A stretch of DNA of 64,000 bases, taken from positions 672,001 to 736,000 of the forward strand of contig OY970178.1 of assembly GCA_963707915.1 (NCBI GenBank), written 5' to 3'. The position numbers and the translations under genes are program-made. The DNA comes from Candidatus Eiseniibacteriota bacterium (lineage in GTDB: Bacteria; Eisenbacteria; RBG-16-71-46). The notes under the pieces are model-generated. The model was given only the letters and a program-made list of their open reading frames with translations. It was not told the origin of the DNA and did not search any database. This document shows positions 46,913 through 56,503 of this stretch, one piece after another; position 1 is the stretch's first letter, and every line of letters begins with the position of its first letter.

Positions 46913-47734
46913 ATGCTCACCTGGATGCTGTATCTCGCCGCCGACCGGCTGGTCCGCGCGCTGCCCGCCGCGGCGGCCGACCGCCTGGCCGTGGGGATCG
47001 CGCGGCTGGTCTTCGCGCTGCGGGTGCCGGCCCGTGCCCGCCTCGAGGAGAACCTGGCGCGGCTGCTCGCGGGCGAGCCCGGGGCGCCGTTCGACGCCGT
47101 GGCGCGCGAGGCGTTCGACAACTTCGCGAGAAACTTCGTCGACTTCCTGAGGCTCGGCCACGCTCCGCCCGGCGCCCTGGCCGGGGCGGTCGAGGTGCAC
47201 GGCGCGGAACACCTCGAGGCCGCGCGCAACTCGGGGCGCGGCGTGATCCTGCTGTCGGCGCACCTCGGCAACTGGGAGCTGGGCGCCGCCTGGCTCGCCG
47301 CCGGCGGCACGCCGGTCCACCTGGTCGCGCGTCCGCACGGGAGTCCGCGGGTCGAGCGCTTCTACGCGCGCCGCCGCCGCGCCTGGGGCGTGCGCCTGAT
47401 GCCCGAGCGGCCGCTCTGGCGCCCGGCGGCCGCCGCCCTTCGCCGCCGCGAGTGGGTCGCCCTGATGGCGGATCGCGGGGCGCCCGGACCGCAAACGGGC
47501 CGGCGCGCCTCGGTCTGTGCCTGGGCCGCGGTGCTGGCCCGGCGCACCGGCGCCCTGGTGCTCCCGGCGGTGATCGTGCGCCGGCCCGGCGGACGCTACG
47601 CGCTCCACTTCGAGCATCCGCTCGAGCCCGCCGCGGTGCGCGCCGACGGCTTCGTCGAGAGCCTGCGCCGTCACCTGCGACAGCATCCGCGGCAGTGGTC
47701 CGCGTTCGAGCCCCTGCCGGAGGGCCTGGCCTGA
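46913..47734 (+). CDS. Lipid A lauroyl/PIM-type (LPLAT) acyltransferase
   Basis: GRGVILLSAHLGNWE, VALMADR, HPRQW. Confidence 0.85.
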   Translation: MLTWMLYLAADRLVRALPAAAADRLAVGIARLVFALRVPARARLEENLARLLAGEPGAPFDAVAREAFDNFARNFVDFLRLGHAPPGALAGAVEVHGAEHLEAARNSGRGVILLSAHLGNWELGAAWLAAGGTPVHLVARPHGSPRVERFYARRRRAWGVRLMPERPLWRPAAAALRRREWVALMADRGAPGPQTGRRASVCAWAAVLARRTGALVLPAVIVRRPGGRYALHFEHPLEPAAVRADGFVESLRRHLRQHPRQWSAFEPLPEGLA

Positions 47735-48480
47735 TGCGTCTCGCCGCACTCGTTCCCGCGTACCAGGCGGCCGCGAAGCTCGGCGACGTGCTGCTGCGGC
47801 TCGCCGCGCTCGAGCAGCCTCCGGCCGTGCTGGTGGTGGATGACGGCTCGCCCGACGACACCGCCGAGGTCGCGCGACGGCACGGCGCCCGCGTGCACTC
47901 CTTCGCGACGAACCGCGGCAAGGGACACGCCCTACTGGCGGGCTTCGCCGCGCTCCGCGACGAGTTCGACGCGGTGGTGACGCTGGACGCCGACGGCCAG
48001 CACCCGCCCGAGTGCCTGCCCGCCCTGGTGCGCGCGGCGGAGCGCGGCGCGGACCTGGTGCTGGGGACGCGGGCGCGCACCTCCGACATGCCGCTGGCGC
48101 GCCGCTTCGCGAACGCGTTCTCCTCGCGGTGGGCGACCTGGCTCGCCGGGCAGCGCGTCTCCGACAGCCAGTGCGGCTACCGCCTCCACTCGAGCCGCCT
48201 GCTCGAACGCACACCGCTCACGCCCGGTCGCTACGAGGTCGAGACCGAGATGGTGGTGCGCGCTGCGCGCCTCGGCTTCCGCATCGCCGAGGTCGAGATC
48301 CCGACGATCTACGGCGAGGAGCGCAGCCAGGTCCGCGCCTTCCAGGACGTGCCACGCATCATCGGCACGCTGCTGCGCCTCACCGGCGAGGGCGTGATGC
48401 CGCCCGCCGCGATGCGCGCGGCGCACCGGGCCGGGATCGCGGGGCCACGCTCCGCCGGAGCGGGAGGGACGGTCCGGTGA
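47734..48480 (+). CDS. Glycosyltransferase family 2 (DPM1-like)
   Basis: VPAYQ, VVDDGSPD, NRGKGHAL, LDADGQH, DSQCGYR. Confidence 0.92.
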   Translation: MRLAALVPAYQAAAKLGDVLLRLAALEQPPAVLVVDDGSPDDTAEVARRHGARVHSFATNRGKGHALLAGFAALRDEFDAVVTLDADGQHPPECLPALVRAAERGADLVLGTRARTSDMPLARRFANAFSSRWATWLAGQRVSDSQCGYRLHSSRLLERTPLTPGRYEVETEMVVRAARLGFRIAEVEIPTIYGEERSQVRAFQDVPRIIGTLLRLTGEGVMPPAAMRAAHRAGIAGPRSAGAGGTVR

Positions 48481-49223
48481 ACGTGCTGCTCACCAACGAC
48501 GACGGCATCCAGGCGCCCGCGCTGCGTCACCTCAAGGACGCGCTGACCCCGCTGGGACGGGTGATCATCGTCGCGCCGGACCGCGACCAGAGCGCCACCT
48601 CGCACGCCCTCACGCTCCAGCGCCCCTTCCGCATCCAGCAGCACGAACCCGACGTCTACAGCGTCGACGGCACGCCGACCGACTGCGTGATCACGTCGTT
48701 CTACGGTCTGCTGGATCGCGCCCCCGACCTGGTCATCTCCGGCATCAACCTGGGACCCAACATGGGGGAGGACGTGTTCTACTCGGGCACGGTGGCGGCG
48801 GCCATCGAGGGTTCCCTGCAGGGCACCCCGGCGATCGCGGCCTCCTTCGCCACGCGGACGGTGCCCGACATGGCTGAGCCCGCGCGGTTCATCGCCCGCC
48901 TGGTCGGGCGGCTGCTCGACGAGGGCCTGCCGCGCCGCCACCTGCTGAACGTCAACTTCCCCGGCGGCCCGTGGTCCGAGTCCCGCGGGGTCAAGGTCAC
49001 CCGCCTCGGCAGCCGCGTCTACCACGACACGCTGGTGAAGAAGGTGGACCCGCGCGGCCGCGACTACTATTGGATCGGCGGGGAAGACCCCGAGTGGGAG
49101 TCCATCGAGGGCACCGACTTCCATGCCGTGCACGACGGCTGGATCTCGGTTACCCCGTTGCGTCTGGACTTCACCGCCGACACGGCGCTCGCGGAGCTGG
49201 AGGCATGGCGCCTGGAGAAGTAG
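48477..49223 (+). CDS. surE: 5'/3'-nucleotidase SurE
   Basis: LLTNDDGI, APDRDQSA, GTPTDCV, SGIN.GPN, YSGTVAAA, ISVTPL. Confidence 0.96.
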   Translation: MNVLLTNDDGIQAPALRHLKDALTPLGRVIIVAPDRDQSATSHALTLQRPFRIQQHEPDVYSVDGTPTDCVITSFYGLLDRAPDLVISGINLGPNMGEDVFYSGTVAAAIEGSLQGTPAIAASFATRTVPDMAEPARFIARLVGRLLDEGLPRRHLLNVNFPGGPWSESRGVKVTRLGSRVYHDTLVKKVDPRGRDYYWIGGEDPEWESIEGTDFHAVHDGWISVTPLRLDFTADTALAELEAWRLEK

Positions 49224-49915
49224 CGCCGGATCCGGGGCAGGCGGAGCCCGACGCCTTCGCGTCCGAGCGGGCTCGCATGGTGGACGAGCAGCTCCGCGCG
49301 CGCGGGGTGCGCGATCCGCGGATCCTGGCCGCCATGCGCGAGCTGCCCCGGCACCTGTTCCTGCCGCGCGAGCGGTGGAGCGCGGCGTACGGCGACTGGG
49401 CGCTGCCGACCGCCTGGGGGCAGACGATCTCCCAGCCCTACATCGTGGCACGCATGCTCGAGCTGGCCGAGCTCGAGCCTGGCCACCGCGTCCTGGAGAT
49501 CGGCACCGGGAGCGGCTACCAGGCCGCACTGCTGGCCCGGCTGGTCCGCGAGGTCTGCAGCGTCGAGCGGATCGGCGGACTGCTGGCGGAGGCGCGGGAA
49601 CGCCTGACCGCCCTGGGCGCGGCGGACGTTCGCCTGCTCGAAGGCGACGGCACCCTCGGCTGGCGGGAGTTCGCGCCCTATGATAGGGTCGTTGTCGCTG
49701 CGGCGGCTCCCCGGGTTCCGGAGGCCCTCAAGGAACAACTCGGCGCGCGGGGCGTGCTCGTGATTCCCGTGGGCGGGGCCGCGATCCAGCGCCTGGAGGT
49801 CTGGCGCCGGTCGCCGGTCGGCGAATGGCAGTGCAGCCGACACGGGGAGTGCCGTTTCGTCCCGCTGCTCGGACTTGACGCGTGGCGGGAGGAACGGCAC
49901 CCATCTCGGGATTGA
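49205..49915 (+). CDS. pcm: Protein-L-isoaspartate O-methyltransferase
   Basis: GQTISQPY, VLEIGTGSGYQAA, APYDR, RFVPL; surE-pcm synteny; start uncertain. Confidence 0.95.
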   Translation: MAPGEVAPDPGQAEPDAFASERARMVDEQLRARGVRDPRILAAMRELPRHLFLPRERWSAAYGDWALPTAWGQTISQPYIVARMLELAELEPGHRVLEIGTGSGYQAALLARLVREVCSVERIGGLLAEARERLTALGAADVRLLEGDGTLGWREFAPYDRVVVAAAAPRVPEALKEQLGARGVLVIPVGGAAIQRLEVWRRSPVGEWQCSRHGECRFVPLLGLDAWREERHPSRD

Positions 49916-49923
49916 TCATCGGT

Positions 49924-50000
<77 letters not shown>

Positions 50001-50091
50001 CTTCTTCCCTCGTCGTCTCCCCGCCTCCGCAGGACCGCCGGCGCGCCGCCCGGCCGGCGGGGACCCGCTGCGCACCCCTGCGGCCTGAGCC

Positions 50092-50370
50092 ATGGACCGC
50101 GTCGTCCTCGTGATCACGGGAAGCGTGCAGGGAGTGGGCTTCCGCTGGTACGTTCTCCAGGCGGCGAGGGCCCTCGGGCTCACCGGCGAGGTCCGCAACC
50201 GGTCCGACGGCGCCGTGGTGGTCGAGGCCGAGGGCGCGCGCGACGCGCTCGAACGACTCATGGAGATCGCGCGAGAGGGCCCCGCGATGGCGATAGTCGG
50301 GCAGGTGGAGGCGAGCTGGAGCGAGGGGCCCGCGCGATTCCGCGAATTCCGCATCGGCCGCTCGAGCTGA
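50092..50370 (+). CDS. acyP: Acylphosphatase
   Basis: GSVQGVGFRW, G.VRN..DG.V...AEG, GP.MA.V. Confidence 0.93.
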   Translation: MDRVVLVITGSVQGVGFRWYVLQAARALGLTGEVRNRSDGAVVVEAEGARDALERLMEIAREGPAMAIVGQVEASWSEGPARFREFRIGRSS

Positions 50371-50378
50371 GGGGGCCC

Positions 50379-51452
50379 ATGGTCACCGGCCTGGTTCGGT
50401 TCCGCGATCGGCTCGCCGCCGCCCTCGCGGCGGCGCAGCCCCGCGGCGCGGTCCTCCAGGACGAGTACGAGGGCCTGCTCGTCGATCCGGACTTCGACGA
50501 CGTCGAGTTCGAGCGCTTCCGTGCCGACGCGCTCCAGGCCGGGGTGGAACTGCCGGAGCCGGAGATCGAGCCCGGGGCGGGGACGCGGGAGCCCGCCGTC
50601 GGGGCGGACCGGGCCGAGCGCGACCTCCTGGACATCTACCTCGCCGAGATCGGGCGCGTGCCGCTGCTCGAACATCCCGAGTTGATGGAACTGGCGGGCC
50701 GCGCCCGCGCCGGCGACGCCGAGGCCCGCAAGCGGATCATCGTCGCGAACCTGCGGCTCGTGGTGTACCTCGCGCGCGCCTACCGCAACCGCGGCCTGCC
50801 GATGCTCGACCTCATCGAGGAGGGCAACCTCGGGCTCATCCAGGCGGCGGACCGCTTCGACCCGGGACGCGGACTGCGGTTCTCGACGTACGCCGCGATC
50901 TGGATCCGCCAGGCCATCCTGCGGAGCGTGGCCGAGCAATCGCGCACGGTCCGCATCCCGGTGCAGATGTTCCAGCAGGTCAACCGCTTCGTGCGGGTCG
51001 AGCGCGCGTTGCGCGCGCGCCTCGGGCGCGACCCGACCGCCGAGGAGGTCGCGCACACGATGGAGATCTCGACCCCGCGCGCGGCGCGGCTCGGGGGCCT
51101 GCTCGCGAGCCTGCGGTCGCTCGACGAAGGCACCAGCGTGCAGGCCTACGAGCAGCTCTCGACCGAGGACCTGGCCGAATCGCCCCCCTCGGTCGAACGC
51201 CTCATCGAGCTGCAACTCGAGCACGAGCAGGTGGGCCGCCTGCTGCGCTCGCTGAGCCAGCGCGAGGAGCAGATCGTGCGCATCCGCTACGGCTTCTACG
51301 ACGGGGTGGCGCGAACGCTGGCGCAGACCGGCGGCCTGTTCGGGATCTCGCGCGAACGCGTGCGGCAGATCGAGGCCCGCGCCCTGCAGAAGCTGCGCCG
51401 GGCGATCGAGTTGCAGGAGACGGCGCGCGCCGGCGACGGCAGCGTCCAGTGA
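50379..51452 (+). CDS. Group-2 sigma70 factor (RpoS/SigB-like, no region 1.1)
   Basis: DIYLAEIGRVPLL, ANLRLVV, DLIEEGNLGLI, RFSTYAAIWIRQAI, RTVRIP, ISRERVRQIEARAL. Confidence 0.92.
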   Translation: MVTGLVRFRDRLAAALAAAQPRGAVLQDEYEGLLVDPDFDDVEFERFRADALQAGVELPEPEIEPGAGTREPAVGADRAERDLLDIYLAEIGRVPLLEHPELMELAGRARAGDAEARKRIIVANLRLVVYLARAYRNRGLPMLDLIEEGNLGLIQAADRFDPGRGLRFSTYAAIWIRQAILRSVAEQSRTVRIPVQMFQQVNRFVRVERALRARLGRDPTAEEVAHTMEISTPRAARLGGLLASLRSLDEGTSVQAYEQLSTEDLAESPPSVERLIELQLEHEQVGRLLRSLSQREEQIVRIRYGFYDGVARTLAQTGGLFGISRERVRQIEARALQKLRRAIELQETARAGDGSVQ

Positions 51453-51507
51453 GGGCCGCGGGGAGCTCGCGACGCCGCCCGCCAACCGGAACCATGGAGA
51501 GCCGCGC

Positions 51508-52029
51508 ATGGACGACCTGAAGAAGTACATCCGCGACGTCCCCGACTTCCCCCGCAAGGGGATCGTCTTCAAGGACATCACGCCGCTGCTGCACGATGCG
51601 GCGGCCCTCGGCCGTGCCGTCGAGCGGATGAGCCAGCGCGCCGCGCGGCCGGCAGGCGTCGTGGCCATCGAGTCGCGCGGCTTCGTGTTCGGCACCGCGC
51701 TCGCGCTGCACTGGCGGGTGCCGCTGGTGCTGGCGCGCAAGTTCGGCAAGCTGCCCGGCCGGACCGTCCGGCAGGTCTACTCGCTCGAGTACGGCGAGGA
51801 CACGCTCGAGATCCACGCGGACGCACTCGGCCCCGGGCAGCAGGTCGTGGTGGTGGACGACCTGCTGGCGACCGGCGGCACCGCCCTTGCCACGGTCCGC
51901 CTCGTCGAGCAACTCCAGGCCCGGGTGCTGGCGACGCTGTTCCTCATCGAGCTGGCCGGGCTCGGCGGCCGTGAGCGCCTTGCCGGATACCCGGTGGAGT
52001 CGCTGCTGCGCTACGAGGTGACGGGGTAG
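51508..52029 (+). CDS. apt: Adenine phosphoribosyltransferase
   Basis: DFPRKGIVFKDITPLL, ESRGF, YSLEYG, VDDLLATGGT. Confidence 0.96.
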   Translation: MDDLKKYIRDVPDFPRKGIVFKDITPLLHDAAALGRAVERMSQRAARPAGVVAIESRGFVFGTALALHWRVPLVLARKFGKLPGRTVRQVYSLEYGEDTLEIHADALGPGQQVVVVDDLLATGGTALATVRLVEQLQARVLATLFLIELAGLGGRERLAGYPVESLLRYEVTG

Positions 52030-52128
52030 GGGCGGCTCGACGTCCGCAAAGAGAGGGGCGCCGTGCCGGCCCATGTCGCAGGTGCCGGACGGCGCCCCTC
52101 CCGTATGGCGTGCTGGTCCCGGGGCCTG

Positions 52129-52329
52129 CTAGACCTTGCGGACGTTCGCGGCCTGAAGTCCCTTGGGGCCCTGGTTCACGTCGAACTCCACGGCATCGCC
52201 TTCGGCGAGCGTCTTGAATCCTTCGCCAGAGATCGCCGAGAAGTGGACGAACACGTCCTCGCCACCCTCCTGAGAGATGAATCCGAACCCCTTCGCTTCG
52301 TTGAACCACTTCACGGTGCCACGAGCCAC
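52129..52329 (-). CDS. Cold-shock protein (CspA family)
   Basis: [42 protein letters not shown] start with AAGGAG SD. Confidence 0.96.
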   Translation of the reverse strand: MARGTVKWFNEAKGFGFISQEGGEDVFVHFSAISGEGFKTLAEGDAVEFDVNQGPKGLQAANVRKV

Positions 52330-52510
52330 TTGGAACTCCTTGATGCCGGGTCCGGGGACCCTCTCGTGCCGCCTGGACGCGGCGGCTGCGCCCGGCCACT
52401 CTGACCGGCTTCGGTCTGCCCGCGATGACGGAACCAGCGGCCGGGGCCGGGGCGGACCCCGACGCACGGACCGGAGGTTCGACCCCCCGCAGGTGACCAA
52501 GGCGGACGCA

Positions 52511-52539
52511 AGTATCGGCAGGGCCCGCTGGAGTGTCAA
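52511..52539 (-). promoter_or_regulatory. sigma70 promoter of csp, giving a 5'UTR of about 175 nt
   Basis: On the minus strand TTGACA-N17-GATACT. Confidence 0.6.
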
Positions 52540-52664
52540 GCTCCCGGTGGGGCCTGCGGCGCTCCATCCCCCGGTTCGCACGGACCCGGAGCGAGAGGTA
52601 GAATCATCGCCCGCGCGCGTGGAGCCGTCACGCACTCGCAGGCACCATCGACCAGGAGTCCCCC

Positions 52665-55600
52665 ATGCGGGCGCCAAAGGCCGCCGCACTCGCAGCCCTC
52701 CTCCTCCTCCCGGAGGCTTTCGCCGCCGCGGCGGCCCCGGCCGCGGCCGCCGCGGATCCGCCCATCTACGTCGCCTTCCTCTGGCACATGCACCAGCCGA
52801 TCTACTGGCCCTACGAGTCCGTCCTCCAGACCGAGGCCGGCCAGCGCTACCCCTACTCGGTGGTGGACATCCACAGCCAGCGCAGCGGGCCGTATACGGG
52901 ATGGCCCAGGGACGCGGTCGAGAAGGGGATCGCCGCGGGCCTCGGCCATCTCGGTGCACAGGTCAGCCTCAGCGGCTCCCTGATCGAGAACCTCGACGCC
53001 CTCGAGGCGGGCGGCAACCCCAACTTCCAGCAGTGGAAGAGCCCCTGGACCTCGATCCACTCCCAGACCACCGTCCTCGGCCACCCGCGCGTCGACCTGG
53101 TCGGCTTCGGCTACCACCATCCGCTCATGGGCCTGATCGAACCCGCCGACCTGCGCAGGCAGATCCAGGCCCACCGCGGCCGCCTCGCCTCCGCGTTCGG
53201 CGGCGCCACCTCGCGCGGGATCTTCCCGCCCGAGAACGCGTTCACGCAGCGCATGATCCCGGCCCTCGCGGCCGAGGGGCTCGAGTGGGTCCTGGTGGAC
53301 AACGTCCACTTCGACCGCGCCGCGACGGCCTACCCCTACAGCACCGGCGGGAACCTGGTCGAACCGAACCGGGCCGACGTGCGCAACCCGGACCCTGCCG
53401 ACTGGGTCCAGCTGAGCGGGGTCTGGGCCCCGACGCCGGTCTCCGGCGCGTGGGGCCACCGCCCGCACTTCGTCCAGTACCGCGACCCGGCGAGCGGGCA
53501 GACCTCGCGCATGATCGCCGTCCCGGCCGATCGCTACCTGGGCAACGAGGACGGCCGCGGCGGCTTCGGCGCCCTGCAGTACGACGCCGTCATGAGCCAG
53601 CTCCAGCCCTACAACACCGATCCCGCGCATCCGCTCCTCGTCGTGCTCCACCACGACGGTGACAACTACGGCGGCGGGAGCGAGAGCTACTACCACGGGA
53701 ACTTCCAGGCCTTCGTGGACTGGCTCGCGGCCAACCCCGGCCGCTTCGTCGGCACGACGGTCGAGGACTACCTCGAGATGTTCCCGCCCGACACCGGCGA
53801 CGTGATCCACGTCGAGAACGGCTCGTGGAGCGGCGCGGACAACGGCGACCCCGAGTTCAAGAAGTGGCTCGGCGATCCCGGATCGACCGGCTACAGCCCC
53901 GACCGCAACTCCTGGGCGGTGGTGACCGCCGCCCGGAACGTCGTGGCCACCGCCGAGCTGATCGCCCCGGCGGCGTCCGGCACCATCGACGCGTGGCGCG
54001 ACCTGCTCAACGCCGAGGCCAGCGACTACTGGTACTGGGACGGCGCGCAGGGCGGCATCTGGGACGCGCACCCCACGCGGGCAGCGAACCAGGCCGTGCT
54101 GCACGCCCAGCCGGTCGTGAGCGGCGGCGCGGACCTCGCCGGGCCGACCGTGTTCGTCCCACAGCGCGAGCCCTACAACCCCGGCGGCACCGAGTGGACG
54201 ATCGCCCAGTCCGGCGATTTCGAGGTCTGGACCTTCGCCTACGACGTGAGCGGCCTCGCGTCGGTCACCCTCCGCTACCGGCTCGACGATGACGGGCAGC
54301 TGGCGGTGGACGCGGCGGCGAACGACACCTACGCCGGCGGGGCCGGCGTGGGCGCGTGGGTCTCCGTGGCCTGCACGGCCAGCGACCTGGCCTCGACGAC
54401 CGACCCGCTGCCGCTGCGCCGGGCGAAGCGCTACGCCGCCCGCGTCACCGGGCTCGCCAGCGTCCTGGTGGACTACTACATCGAGGCCGCCGACTCGCTC
54501 GGCAACCTGAGCCGCTCCGCCATCCAGCACGTCTGGGTGGGCGCGGGCGGCGCTGGCCCGACCGGCGTCACCGTCATCCCCGGCGCCCCGCAGCAGACCG
54601 ACTCCGTCACGATCACCGTGCACGGCACGACGCAGCCGGCGCGGCTCCACTGGGGCGTCAACGGTTTTGCCACCCCGATCCCGGCCTACCGTCCGGCCGG
54701 CACCACGCTCTACAACGGCACCGGCCCGGCGGTCGAGACCCCGTTCAACGTGACGGGCGGCGACCTGGCGCTCACGCTCGGCCCGTTCGCCGCCACCGGC
54801 CAGGCCGTGACCTCGCTGGACTTCGTCATCCACTACGACGCCGGGGCCTGGGACAACAACGGCGGCCAGGACTGGCACGTCCCGGTCGCGGGCGGCGCCG
54901 GCCGGAGGCTCTACGTCATGGACGGCGCGCTCGACGCGGGCGTCGCCGTGGCCTGCAGCAACGCCGGCGTGGACCTGTACCTGGACTGGAACGGCACCGA
55001 GCTCTACGCCGCCACGCCGGCCGCCGGCGCGGCGGGGTGTGACGTCTTCATCCTGGTGGCCGGCACGCGTGGTGTCCTGCGCGGCGCGCCCTGGGCGAAG
55101 GCCGGCCAAATCGGCACGTGGGCCGCCTTCCTCGGCAACGAGAGCTCCAACAACTGGTGCGGATGGTCCGACCAGCAGGGGACGGTGGGCAAGGCCGCCG
55201 CCAGCTTCCTCGAGGGGACCATCGACCTCGGCGCCGAGCTGGGGAGCGTGCCGCCGAGCGTCTTCGTCGCGGTCGGGCGCTACGCAACCGCCGACGGCGG
55301 CGCCCTGCTCGCCCAGGCGCCGGCCGGCAACGGCGACGCGAACCTCGACGGCACCGAGTACCTCGAGTTCCCGCTCGGCACCACGGCCGTGCGGCCGGAG
55401 CCCCGGGGGACGGCAGTGGCCCTGCTGCCCCTGGCGCCGACCCCGCTCCACGGACCGGCCTCGATCACCTACGTGCTGCCGCGCGCAGCGCACGTATCGC
55501 TCGAGGTGTTCGACACCGGCGGCCGGCGCGTGGCTGCGCTGGTGGACGGGGTGGAGCCCGCCGGCACGCGCGGGGCGCGGTGGGACGCGGCCGGCCTCGG

Positions 55601-55673
55601 CCCCGGCGTCTACTTCGTGCGGCTGCGCGCCGCGGGGGAGAGCATCACCCGGCGCGCCGTCGTGATCCGCTAG
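52665..55673 (+). CDS. Secreted glycoside hydrolase family 57 with C-terminal carbohydrate-binding-like region and FlgD-Ig/T9SS-like tail
   Basis: Signal peptide; WHMHQP, FPPENAF, HDGDN motifs; WDNNGGQDW; tail [17 protein letters not shown]...WD...GVYFVRL. Confidence 0.85.
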   Translation: MRAPKAAALAALLLLPEAFAAAAAPAAAAADPPIYVAFLWHMHQPIYWPYESVLQTEAGQRYPYSVVDIHSQRSGPYTGWPRDAVEKGIAAGLGHLGAQVSLSGSLIENLDALEAGGNPNFQQWKSPWTSIHSQTTVLGHPRVDLVGFGYHHPLMGLIEPADLRRQIQAHRGRLASAFGGATSRGIFPPENAFTQRMIPALAAEGLEWVLVDNVHFDRAATAYPYSTGGNLVEPNRADVRNPDPADWVQLSGVWAPTPVSGAWGHRPHFVQYRDPASGQTSRMIAVPADRYLGNEDGRGGFGALQYDAVMSQLQPYNTDPAHPLLVVLHHDGDNYGGGSESYYHGNFQAFVDWLAANPGRFVGTTVEDYLEMFPPDTGDVIHVENGSWSGADNGDPEFKKWLGDPGSTGYSPDRNSWAVVTAARNVVATAELIAPAASGTIDAWRDLLNAEASDYWYWDGAQGGIWDAHPTRAANQAVLHAQPVVSGGADLAGPTVFVPQREPYNPGGTEWTIAQSGDFEVWTFAYDVSGLASVTLRYRLDDDGQLAVDAAANDTYAGGAGVGAWVSVACTASDLASTTDPLPLRRAKRYAARVTGLASVLVDYYIEAADSLGNLSRSAIQHVWVGAGGAGPTGVTVIPGAPQQTDSVTITVHGTTQPARLHWGVNGFATPIPAYRPAGTTLYNGTGPAVETPFNVTGGDLALTLGPFAATGQAVTSLDFVIHYDAGAWDNNGGQDWHVPVAGGAGRRLYVMDGALDAGVAVACSNAGVDLYLDWNGTELYAATPAAGAAGCDVFILVAGTRGVLRGAPWAKAGQIGTWAAFLGNESSNNWCGWSDQQGTVGKAAASFLEGTIDLGAELGSVPPSVFVAVGRYATADGGALLAQAPAGNGDANLDGTEYLEFPLGTTAVRPEPRGTAVALLPLAPTPLHGPASITYVLPRAAHVSLEVFDTGGRRVAALVDGVEPAGTRGARWDAAGLGPGVYFVRLRAAGESITRRAVVIR

Positions 55674-55817
55674 GGAAGCCGGGCCCGCGTTCCGGCCCGC
55701 ATCCGGACGGGGCAGCGTGCATCGAAGGGGTATCCACGCGCCCGGTGCTAAGATGCCACCGCGCCGGGCGCCCGCACGGGCCCCTCCCTTCGATCACCCA
55801 CTCCCAGGAGGTTTCAC

Positions 55818-56423
55818 ATGGGCGTTCTGGTCGGCCGCAAGGCCCCCGACTTCACGGCGGCCGCCGTCCACGGCGACGGCAGCATCGTGGAGTCCTACAA
55901 CTTCTCCGCCGCCACCCGTGGCAAGTACGCCGTCGTCTTCTTCTGGCCGCTCGACTTCACCTTCGTCTGCCCCTCCGAGCTCATCGCCTTCCACCACCGC
56001 CTCGAGGACTTCAAGTCCCGCAACGTCGAGGTGGTCGGGGTGTCGGTGGATTCGCAGTGGACCCACAACGCGTGGCGCAACGTCCCGGTGGCGCAGGGCG
56101 GCATCGGAGCGGTGGGCTACACCATGGTCGCCGACCTCTCGCACGCGGTCTGCAAGGCCTACGACGTCGAGCATCCCGACGGCACGGTCGCCTTCCGCGG
56201 ATCCTTCCTCATCGACCGCGACGGCGTGGTGCAGCACCAGGTGGTGAACAACCTGCCCCTCGGCCGCAACATCGACGAGATGCTGCGCATGGTGGACGCC
56301 CTGCAGTTCCACGAGGCGAACGGCGAGGTCTGTCCGGCCGGCTGGCAGAAGGGCGGGAAGGGCATGAAGGCCACGCCGCATGGCGTCGCCGACTACCTCG
56401 CCGCCAACGCCGCGAAGCTCTGA
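55818..56423 (+). CDS. 2-Cys peroxiredoxin (AhpC/TsaA)
   Basis: PLDFTFVCPSE, GRNIDE, EVCPAGW. Confidence 0.96.
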   Translation: MGVLVGRKAPDFTAAAVHGDGSIVESYNFSAATRGKYAVVFFWPLDFTFVCPSELIAFHHRLEDFKSRNVEVVGVSVDSQWTHNAWRNVPVAQGGIGAVGYTMVADLSHAVCKAYDVEHPDGTVAFRGSFLIDRDGVVQHQVVNNLPLGRNIDEMLRMVDALQFHEANGEVCPAGWQKGGKGMKATPHGVADYLAANAAKL

Positions 56424-56503
56424 GCCCGCGCGTCCGCCGCATCACGGGCCTGCGGGCGGCGTGCCCGCCCGCCGGCCCGCAACGTTCCCGGAGGGAGCGC
56501 ACC

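Noticed and set aside
52470..52499. tRNA-like 3' fragment GGAGGTTCGACCCCCCGCAGGTGACCA
   Set aside because: The T-stem pairs poorly, there is no matching acceptor 5' strand or anticodon arm, and it lies antisense in the csp leader.
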